This document shows positions 56,633 through 64,000 of a stretch of 64,000 nt of DNA, piece after piece (position 1 is the first letter of the stretch; each line of letters begins with the position of its first letter). Both the position numbers and the translations under genes were made by a program. The DNA is from Elusimicrobiota bacterium (GTDB taxonomy: Bacteria; Elusimicrobiota; Elusimicrobia; UBA1565; UBA9628): NCBI GenBank assembly GCA_044450965.1, contig JBIOJO010000013.1:1853-65852 (forward strand). The letters run 5' to 3'. Under the pieces are notes generated by a model. The model saw only the letters and a program-made list of their open reading frames with translations. It did no database searches and was not told where the DNA came from.

Positions 56633-56711
56633 GCGGGGTCAGGCTTTTACTTATTTCACTTATTCATGCGCGACGTTTCAATAAGTGAAATAAGTAAAAG
56701 CCTGACCCCGC
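56633..56711. repeat. Perfect 32-bp inverted repeat with a 15-nt loop, AT-rich interior, GGTCAGGCTT termini
   Basis: GCGGGGTCAGGCTTTTACTTATTTCACTTATT catgcgcgacgtttc AATAAGTGAAATAAGTAAAAGCCTGACCCCGC; lies in the divergent HK/addA promoter region. Confidence 0.65.
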
Positions 56712-56730
56712 TTCATCCTATAATCCGTGG

Positions 56731-59700
56731 ATGGACGCCCCCGACCGCGAGCACCGCGACCGCGCGCGCTTCCGGCTCGACGCGAACGTGGTGGTCGAGG
56801 CGGGGGCGGGCACGGGCAAGACCACCTTGCTCACCGACCGCATCTTGTTCCTGGTGCTGGGCTGGGACAAGCCGGCGCCGGTGAGCGTGGACCGCGTCGT
56901 GGCGCTGACCTTCACCGAGAAGGCCGCGGGCGAGATCAAGCTGCGCCTCTCCGACCGCCTGGCCGAGCTGGCGGGGCGGCTGGCCGGCGGCGCGCTGGGC
57001 GGCGCGGCGGCCGAGCGCGCCGACCGGACCTTGGACGAATTGCGCGGCCAGTTCGGCAAGCAGGACGCGGAGCTGCTGGCGCGCGCGCGCGCGGCGCTGG
57101 AGGATCTGGACAAAGCTCCGATCGGCACGATCCATTCCTTCTGCGCCCAGATACTGCGTCTTCATCCCGTCGAGGCGGGCGTGGACCCCGGCTTCCGCGT
57201 GGACGAGGGCACGGCGTTCGAGGAGCTGTTCGCGTCCGAATGGGCGGCCTGGCTGGACGACGAGTTGGGCGAGCGGCCGCCGCGCCGCGGGGCGTGGCTG
57301 GAACTGCTGGCCGTCGCGGAGCTGGACGAGCTGGAGGCGCTGGCGCGGGAGCTGTGCGCGGAGAAGCTGGAACTGGGCGGCCAGGGCGGACCGGATCCCG
57401 CGGCCGCCTCGGCGCTGCGCGCGCTCGCGAAAAGCGCGGCGAACCTCCCGGAGGGGCGTCCCAAGCCGCGCGGCAAGATCCTGGAGGCGCTGGCCGAGAT
57501 CGGCGCGCGCCTGGAAGCCGCCGCGGAGGCCGCGGAGTCGGACGCGCCCGCGCTGGACGCCGCGGAGCCTCCCGCGCCGCGCGACGCGAAGTGGCCGTCC
57601 GCTTGGGAGGAGGATCCCGCGGCGGAGGCTTTGTACGAGCGCCTGTCCGCGGTGGCCGCGTCGGCCAGCCCGCGCGGGGAGGCCGCCGCACGCCGCGCGG
57701 CGCGCCTGCTGGTCCCGTTCGCCGAGCGCTTCCGCCGCGAATTCGCGCGCCGGGGCTGGGTCTCCTTCGATGGGCTTCTTCGCCGCGCGCGCGACCTGGT
57801 CCGGGACCGGCCGCGGGTGCGAGAAGAGGTCAAGCGCCGCTTCGCCGCGCTCCTGATCGACGAGTTCCAGGACACCGACCCTCTGCAGGGCGAGCTCCTG
57901 ATGTATCTGGCCGAGAAGCCGGAAGGCGGCGCCAAGCGCTGGCGGGACGTGATCCCCGCGCCGGGCCGCGTGTTCGTGGTCGGCGATCCGAAGCAGTCCA
58001 TCTACCGATTCCGCGGGGCGGACATCGCGGCCTACGAGGGCTTCGTGGACCGTCTGCGCGAAACGGGGGCGCTGGTCTGCGACCTGACCGCGAACTTCCG
58101 CTCGGTGCCGGGAGTGGTGGGGCCGGTGAACCGGGCGTTCGAAAAGGCGATGGTCGCCGAGCCGGGCGCGCAGCCTCCGTACAAGGCCATCCTGGCCGCG
58201 CGCGCGCCCGGCGCGCCGGAGCCGGCGGTGCGCGTCGTGGCGGTGACCGATCCCTCGGGCGTGTCCGACGCGGCCGACGTCCAGCGCGCCGAGGCGAGTT
58301 GGATATCCCGTTGGATTTCCGAGAATGCGCGCGTTCCGGGAGCCTCGAAGGAAGGCCGGCGTCCGTTGAAGGACATCGCCGTGCTGCTGCGTTCGTCCAC
58401 GTCTCTGCCGTCTTTGTTGGACGCTTTCAAGAGGGCGGGAATTCCGTACGCGGTCGAGATCGAGCGGTTCTTCTACGAAGCGCCCGAAGTGTCCGACTTT
58501 TTGAATCTTCTGCGGGCGCTGGACGACGACGGCGATCGCATCGCGATCGCCGGGCTGCTCCGTTCGCCGTTGGCCGCGTTGACCGATGGAAGTCTTCTGG
58601 CGCTATCCCAGGAAGACGGGCTCACGTACCGCCGCGATCCGGCGAGAGGCGTCATTCCGGAGGGGGAGCGTCGCCGCGCGGCGGACCTGTTCGAGGCCCT
58701 TCGGTCTCTGCGCGCGCGCGTCGGCCGCGAGCCTCTCGGCGACCTGGTCGGCGCCGCGCTGGAAAAAACCCGCTTGGTCGAATTGTCCGCGCGCGCGTAT
58801 CACGGCCAGCAGACGGTTTCGAATCTGCTGAAGCTCCGGCGCCTGGCGGTGGAGGCGTCCGACGGACGGGGCGCGACATTGAAGGAATTCGCCGCCCACG
58901 TCCGCGACGCCGCGCGCGAGTCCCGCCGCGAGGGCGAAAGCCCGCTGGCCGACGAGAAGCTGGAAGCGGTGCGCGTGATGACCATGCACAAATCGAAAGG
59001 GCTGGAATTTCCGGTGGTCATCGCGGCGAACCTTTCCGGCAAGCCGGGCGGGGGAAGCGAGAAGCCGGTCTCCCGCCTGGACCCGGCGACCGGCCGCGCC
59101 GCCCTGCGCCTGGGAAGCCTGGCCTCCGCCGCGATGGCGCTGGCCGACGCGCGGGAGAAGGAGATGGAGCGCCGGGAGTCCGTGCGCCTGCTCTACGTGG
59201 CGATGACCCGCGCCCGGGAAATCCTCTATCTGGTCGGACGGGAGAAAGCGGCGAGCGGCTCCCTGGCCTCGCATCTGGACGGGGCGGGATCCTGGCCCGG
59301 CGAGGGACGCGAGGGCCATCTGCCCGCGGCCTTCATCGACGCCGCCCAGACCCCGGAGCCCGCTTCCGCCGCGCCCGCCGCCGCGTCGTCCGATCCGAAG
59401 GACGTCGCGGCCGTCGTCGCCGCGTGGGAGCGGCGCGCCGTTTTGAGGAAGTCCGCGGAGACGCCGCGCGCGCGCGCCGCGACCGCGTATTTGCGCGAAC
59501 TGCCGAAGCGGCCGTCGTCCGCGGAAGAAGGCGGCGGATCTCCGGCCGGGGCGGAGGTGGGGCAGCTCTGCCACCGGGTCCTGCAAGAATGGGACTTCCG
59601 CGCGGGCGGCGACCTCAAGAAGGAGACGAAAAGCGCGCGGGAGCTTTTGGAGCGGCGCGCGCCGGGCCCCCGTTGGCCGGAGGCGGAAGCCGAAGCGGTG

Positions 59701-60012
59701 AAAATCCTGGAGACGTTCGTCGCGTCCAAGGCCGCGAAGTCCTTGGCCATGGCCGAGATTCTGGGCCGGGAGACGCCGTTCGCGTACGCCGACGGAGACA
59801 CGGTGGTGCGCGGCGCCGCGGACCTGATCTATCGCGACGGCAAGACGGTGGTCGTCGCGGACTTCAAGAGCGAGAAGGTGGACGAGAAATCCGCCGCGGC
59901 GATTCGCGCCCGCTACGCGGAGCAGGGCCGCGCCTACTGCGAGGCGGTGGAGCGGGCCTGGGGCGTCCCGGCGGAGTTCCGGGTGCTGTTCCTGCGCCGT
60001 CCGGACCTCTGA
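56731..60012 (+). CDS. addA: AddA-type helicase-nuclease subunit (UvrD-like helicase + C-terminal PD-(D/E)XK nuclease)
   Basis: Walker A EAGAGTGKTT, UvrD motifs; C-terminal AADLIYRDGKTVVVADFKSEK nuclease motif; TATAAT 8 nt upstream of the ATG. Confidence 0.8.
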   Translation: MDAPDREHRDRARFRLDANVVVEAGAGTGKTTLLTDRILFLVLGWDKPAPVSVDRVVALTFTEKAAGEIKLRLSDRLAELAGRLAGGALGGAAAERADRTLDELRGQFGKQDAELLARARAALEDLDKAPIGTIHSFCAQILRLHPVEAGVDPGFRVDEGTAFEELFASEWAAWLDDELGERPPRRGAWLELLAVAELDELEALARELCAEKLELGGQGGPDPAAASALRALAKSAANLPEGRPKPRGKILEALAEIGARLEAAAEAAESDAPALDAAEPPAPRDAKWPSAWEEDPAAEALYERLSAVAASASPRGEAAARRAARLLVPFAERFRREFARRGWVSFDGLLRRARDLVRDRPRVREEVKRRFAALLIDEFQDTDPLQGELLMYLAEKPEGGAKRWRDVIPAPGRVFVVGDPKQSIYRFRGADIAAYEGFVDRLRETGALVCDLTANFRSVPGVVGPVNRAFEKAMVAEPGAQPPYKAILAARAPGAPEPAVRVVAVTDPSGVSDAADVQRAEASWISRWISENARVPGASKEGRRPLKDIAVLLRSSTSLPSLLDAFKRAGIPYAVEIERFFYEAPEVSDFLNLLRALDDDGDRIAIAGLLRSPLAALTDGSLLALSQEDGLTYRRDPARGVIPEGERRRAADLFEALRSLRARVGREPLGDLVGAALEKTRLVELSARAYHGQQTVSNLLKLRRLAVEASDGRGATLKEFAAHVRDAARESRREGESPLADEKLEAVRVMTMHKSKGLEFPVVIAANLSGKPGGGSEKPVSRLDPATGRAALRLGSLASAAMALADAREKEMERRESVRLLYVAMTRAREILYLVGREKAASGSLASHLDGAGSWPGEGREGHLPAAFIDAAQTPEPASAAPAAASSDPKDVAAVVAAWERRAVLRKSAETPRARAATAYLRELPKRPSSAEEGGGSPAGAEVGQLCHRVLQEWDFRAGGDLKKETKSARELLERRAPGPRWPEAEAEAVKILETFVASKAAKSLAMAEILGRETPFAYADGDTVVRGAADLIYRDGKTVVVADFKSEKVDEKSAAAIRARYAEQGRAYCEAVERAWGVPAEFRVLFLRRPDL

Positions 60013-60091
60013 CGCCTTCCGGTATAAGACCTAACCCGCCGAGGGCCGTTGGACTCAGGACGCCGGACGCTCCCGGGTCTACACTGAAGTC

Positions 60092-61687
60092 ATGAGACTC
60101 CTGTTCCGGCTTCTGCTCCTGCCCCTCGCGGTCCTGAATTCCCGCGCGGCGATGGTTCAGGTCGCCCCGGCGGAAGTCCCGCACATCATCGCTCCGTCGG
60201 TGGCTTTCGGCCAGTCCTCGGCCCCGGGTCTGTATTTGGTTCCGACCGCGCCTTTCCTGACGATCCCGCCCGCGCCGGTCCTCATCATACCGGCCGCGCC
60301 GGTGATCCTGACCCCGGCGCCGGTGATCGTGACGGCGGCGCGTCCGCTCACCGAACTGGAAGCCGCGCCGGAGAAGCTGCCGTCGCAGGGCGACCTCAAG
60401 AAGCTGGCCGAGTCCCTGGCCCCGTCGCGCGACGCCGCGGACGCGTCCGACGCCTCCCGCGCGGGCGCGCTTGATTCCACTTTCGACGGCAAGTTGGCTC
60501 CCGAGGCGACGGCCTGGGACGACGTGTCGGAGCGGTTCGCCCGCGGCCCGCTGACGCCGGGACTTCCGGTGGTGGAAACCGCGGCGCGTTCGCTGATCGC
60601 GCGCCTCCTGCCCGCTTTGTACCGCCGGGTCCCGGCGGCCTCCGCCTACGACCGAAGCGAGAACCCGGTGACGGGCCACACGTGGACGCCGGAGAAGGGG
60701 CACCTGATCGAGATCGCGCCGGTTCGGGCCGATTCGCGCGGTGAAGTGAAGAACGCCTTCGGCGGAGACGGCGCGACGCGGGTCCAGCAGAAGATGGAGC
60801 ACCTGATGGAGTTCGCGCACGAGTATTTCCACGTTCTGTTCGATTCCGCCGTCCGCCGCACGGAGAACCACGCGCCGCATTCCGTGTACTCGGCCATGAC
60901 CGAGGGCTTCGCCGTCAGCGGAGAGCAATTGCTGGCCGAGCGCATGCTGGATTTGGTCCCGTCATTGGGCCTTGGGCCGCGCGACGCCATGGATCTGGTC
61001 TCCGTCTCCCGCGAGCGCCGCCGTTGGCTGGACACCGAGGACAACCATTACTCGGAGGGAATCATCGCCTGGCGCAAGGCCCATGAGGAAGGGGGATTGC
61101 AGGGCATGATCTCATTCCTGTCCTCCCTGTCGGCCCGGCGCATGGCGGGAACTTCGCGCTCCGACGCCGCGTACCAGCTGGCGCTGGGCGATCACAAGCT
61201 TTTGGCCGCGTACTTGGGCCGCCAGGACAACGCCGTGCGCCGCGGCTTCGATGCTTTCGCGAAAGCCGCGCGCGGCGAGAAGTTGAATGAAGTCGAAACG
61301 CGCGAGGCCGCCGCCGCCGTGGAGCTGGCCGGCCCCGAAGGCTGGCGCCGCCTCTTCGACCGGACCTTGCTGGCCGACAAGCGAATCAAAGAGCCGAAGG
61401 CCGCCGTCGAGACGGCGAACTGGTGGGACAAGAAGGCCGAGCCCATGGCCAGCGTCGAGCCCGTCTTCGCGCTGGCGCGCCTGAGTCCCGCCGCGGGAGC
61501 CGCGCTGTCCCATTACCTCGCCGCGACTATCTCCGACCGCGGCGGCGCCGTGCGCCTGTTCGAGCGCCCCGGGCCCAACGAGAAGACCAACGCGATCATC
61601 AACGGCGCGGGCGGGCTGCCGTGGGCCGCGGCCGATCAGAAGGCCTGGGACGACGGGCTGATGCGCTGGCTGATCGGGACGAATTAG
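60092..61687 (+). CDS. secreted protein with a Pro/Ala/Val-rich repeat N-terminus and an HExxH zinc-metallopeptidase-like motif
   Basis: Signal peptide; PAPVLIIPAAPVILTPAPVIV repeats; FAHEYFH...TEGFAVSGE (HExxH plus downstream Glu). Confidence 0.4.
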   Translation: MRLLFRLLLLPLAVLNSRAAMVQVAPAEVPHIIAPSVAFGQSSAPGLYLVPTAPFLTIPPAPVLIIPAAPVILTPAPVIVTAARPLTELEAAPEKLPSQGDLKKLAESLAPSRDAADASDASRAGALDSTFDGKLAPEATAWDDVSERFARGPLTPGLPVVETAARSLIARLLPALYRRVPAASAYDRSENPVTGHTWTPEKGHLIEIAPVRADSRGEVKNAFGGDGATRVQQKMEHLMEFAHEYFHVLFDSAVRRTENHAPHSVYSAMTEGFAVSGEQLLAERMLDLVPSLGLGPRDAMDLVSVSRERRRWLDTEDNHYSEGIIAWRKAHEEGGLQGMISFLSSLSARRMAGTSRSDAAYQLALGDHKLLAAYLGRQDNAVRRGFDAFAKAARGEKLNEVETREAAAAVELAGPEGWRRLFDRTLLADKRIKEPKAAVETANWWDKKAEPMASVEPVFALARLSPAAGAALSHYLAATISDRGGAVRLFERPGPNEKTNAIINGAGGLPWAAADQKAWDDGLMRWLIGTN

Positions 61688-61740
61688 CATCGTGACGCGG
61701 CGATAGTTCGAGTCCCAATCCCGCAGCCACTCTCAGCAAT

Positions 61741-61776
61741 AAGTCCCTCGCCGAAGAAGCGAGGGACTTTTTTGTA
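61741..61776 (+). terminator. Rho-independent terminator
   Basis: AAGTCCCTCGC cgaagaa GCGAGGGACTT TTTTTGT. Confidence 0.65.
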
Positions 61777-61789
61777 GGATGCCAAAAGA

Positions 61790-62431
61790 ATGTCCGGGAT
61801 CTATTGCTTCGGTGACAGCATCACGCGTGGAGAAAACGATCTCCTTCATGGCGGCTGGGCCGATCGTCTCAAGGCATTCTATCTTCGGCAATATTGTCGG
61901 GACGGAGACGAAGAGCGATGCGTCTACAATTTAGGGATCGGGGGAGAAACGACCGCGGGACTCCGGCGCCGATTTCTTCCCGAATTGCAGGCTCGACTTG
62001 ACCCCGATGGGCGTTCCGTCGCCTCTTTCGCATACGGCGCCAACGATGCCGCGGGAACGGGGAAATCTTTCGTCGTCCCCATTGCCGAGTACATAAAGAA
62101 TCTCTCTTATTGCATCGACGCGGCGAAGAAGATGGGCTGTGAAGTGTTCTTGTTGAATATCACGCCGGTGAGCGATGTCGTGGACGGCGCTCGTAAACCC
62201 AATGGGCGACTCCGTAAGAATCTATTTATTAGGCGTTATAACGAAGCGTTGCGCGGCCTCGCTTTAGAAAATGATGCCGTTCTGGTCGATGTTCACTCCG
62301 ATTTCGTGACGTACAAGCGCACGGCGTTATTCGCACCGGACGGCGTTCACCCCAATGCCGCCGGACACGCCTTGATCTACCGCGCGGTAAAGAAGCAGCT
62401 GGAAATCAGGAAAGTTCTAAAGTCGTCATAG
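61790..62431 (+). CDS. SGNH/GDSL hydrolase (lipase/esterase)
   Basis: GDSL block CFGDSITRG near the N-terminus; GxND and DGVHP catalytic blocks; lower GC than neighbours. Confidence 0.8.
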   Translation: MSGIYCFGDSITRGENDLLHGGWADRLKAFYLRQYCRDGDEERCVYNLGIGGETTAGLRRRFLPELQARLDPDGRSVASFAYGANDAAGTGKSFVVPIAEYIKNLSYCIDAAKKMGCEVFLLNITPVSDVVDGARKPNGRLRKNLFIRRYNEALRGLALENDAVLVDVHSDFVTYKRTALFAPDGVHPNAAGHALIYRAVKKQLEIRKVLKSS

Positions 62432-62467
62432 TCGGGCGGCCATTCAAAACGACACGTTACAACACGA

Positions 62468-62500
62468 AAGCCCCCCGGTGATGGGGGGCTTCCTATTTTG
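62468..62500 (+). terminator. Rho-independent terminator after the GDSL hydrolase gene
   Basis: AAGCCCCCC ggtgat GGGGGGCTT CCTATTTTGG. Confidence 0.65.
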
Positions 62501-62604
62501 GGGTCGTGTGGCTCCACCTTGAAGCGTGGTTATTTGTAATATTCAACGTCGCCATGCGAAGCGTTCATACCCTTCAAAAAACCTTCAACCCGCCCGGAGT
62601 CCGA

Positions 62605-64000
62605 ATGTCCCGGTCTTGCCTCGTCTCGACGATGTGCCTGCTGCTGGCCAGCTCCCCCGTGTTCGCTCAGAACACGGGCGTGATCGACAAGGAAGGCTCC
62701 CGGCCGGCCGCGCAGGCGAACGCCGCGAGCCGGGCCGCCCAAGCCGACGCGGAATCCTCGAAGCTGAACGTGAGCGGCGGCGGAGACGTCACCTACGAGC
62801 AGGTCTCGGCGGATCCGGACAACGTGGAACTGAACTACCGCTACGCTCAGGCGCAGATTCGCCGTGGACAGCTGAAGGGCGCTTCCGCGACGCTGGAGCG
62901 CATCCTCCTTCTCGACCCCGAACTTCCGCAGATCCGCCTGCTCTACGGCGTGGTCCTCTATCGCTTGGACAACCTGATGGAGGCCGAGCACGCCCTCTCC
63001 GCCGCGCTCGCCTCGAATCCGCCCGACGCGATCAAGGCCGAGGCGGCGCGCTACCTGGCCGAAGTCCATCGGCGGCAGAAGCGGACCCAGCTGACGGGCC
63101 GCTTGGGCGTGGGCTGGGAGTACGACGACAACCGGAACGCCGCCCCCGCGACCGGCATCAGCCAGTTCGCCGGGCTCCCGGTCCAGCTGAGCCCCGGCTC
63201 GATGCGCACGTCCGACACGAGCGCCCTTTTCCTCGGCAACGTCGAGGCGCATCACGACCTCGGCCTGCCCGCCGGCCACGAGGTCTTCGCGACGTTCAAC
63301 TATTACCGCGCCGAACAGACGAATCTCAAGAACCTGAACCTGACCGCGTACTCTCCGGCGCTCGGCGGCGTGTACAAGACGCCGTACCTCAACGTGACGC
63401 CGCAGCTGGTGTACGACTACGTGCTGCTCGCGCAGACGAAGTTCATGGCCGACCGCGGCGTCGACATCCGCTTGGACAAGACGCTGAGCGCGCGCGCCGC
63501 CGTTTACGCGGATCTTCACGACGTCCGCCAGGTCTACTCGCCCACCGCGGTCGTCCCCGCGGCGTCCGACCGCACCGGGATCCAGGTGGACGCGACGCTC
63601 GGCGGCGAATACTCGATCTTCCCGACGAACCGCGTCGGCCTCAGCGCGCTCTACGCCGTCAAGCACGCGCAGAACATCGCCTTCTCCTACTTCCGCAAAG
63701 GTTTCGGCGTCAACGACACCTGGCTTCTCGGCAAAGGAATGTTCCTGCTGACGGCCGTGCGCCTGAACGTCGACAACTACGGCAACGCCGACCCTCTGGT
63801 GGGCCCAGGACTGCGCCGCGACACGATCCTCCAAACCGACGTGACCTATGGAGCGCCCCTGAGCCTGCTGCACCCCAAGCTCCAGGACCTGGTCCTCACC
63901 CTCACCTACGAGAACTACGACGCGATGTCGACGCTCTCGAACTACGCCTACACGAACAACAAGATCTCGGGCATGCTGACCTACAAGTGGGCGGCGGGGT
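62605..64000 (+). CDS. TPR-containing outer-membrane beta-barrel protein (Slam/DUF560-like), 3' end beyond the window
   Basis: Signal peptide MSRSCLVSTMCLLLASSPVFAQ, N-terminal TPR-like helices, then alternating beta strands; open reading frame runs to the window end (not in the ORF track because no stop). Confidence 0.45.
   Translation, partial: MSRSCLVSTMCLLLASSPVFAQNTGVIDKEGSRPAAQANAASRAAQADAESSKLNVSGGGDVTYEQVSADPDNVELNYRYAQAQIRRGQLKGASATLERILLLDPELPQIRLLYGVVLYRLDNLMEAEHALSAALASNPPDAIKAEAARYLAEVHRRQKRTQLTGRLGVGWEYDDNRNAAPATGISQFAGLPVQLSPGSMRTSDTSALFLGNVEAHHDLGLPAGHEVFATFNYYRAEQTNLKNLNLTAYSPALGGVYKTPYLNVTPQLVYDYVLLAQTKFMADRGVDIRLDKTLSARAAVYADLHDVRQVYSPTAVVPAASDRTGIQVDATLGGEYSIFPTNRVGLSALYAVKHAQNIAFSYFRKGFGVNDTWLLGKGMFLLTAVRLNVDNYGNADPLVGPGLRRDTILQTDVTYGAPLSLLHPKLQDLVLTLTYENYDAMSTLSNYAYTNNKISGMLTYKWAAG

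Noticed and set aside
56727-60095. 1122-aa plus-strand ORF in an alternative frame of addA
   Set aside because: Same strand but a different frame; Arg/Gly/Pro-rich nonsense, whereas frame 56731..60012 has helicase and nuclease motifs.

Overview
High-GC (roughly 65-70%) bacterial chromosomal window, densely coding on both strands. Core functions include a type III glutamine synthetase, apbC, a peroxiredoxin, class I nrdAB, hisS, fpg and an AddAB-type helicase-nuclease. Accessory modules include a Mycobacterium-type CysO/Mec/CysM/MoeZ sulfur-carrier cysteine pathway and an ApbE / FMN-binding / His-rich 4TM / outer-membrane barrel cluster flanked by SCO1, DsbA, TlpA-like redoxin and TetR. A YtrA-type GntR-ABC operon has a palindromic operator, and a flotillin shows internal tandem repeats. 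There are degenerate toxin-antitoxin remnants and two low-GC islets. Two long AT-rich perfect palindromes share GGTCAGGCTT termini. No rRNA, complete tRNA or CRISPR array was seen. The ORF track treats GTG/TTG starts as M. Many long GC-rich ORFs antisense to real genes are frame artefacts and were not called. Hand-derived coordinates for non-ORF features may be off by 1-2 nt.
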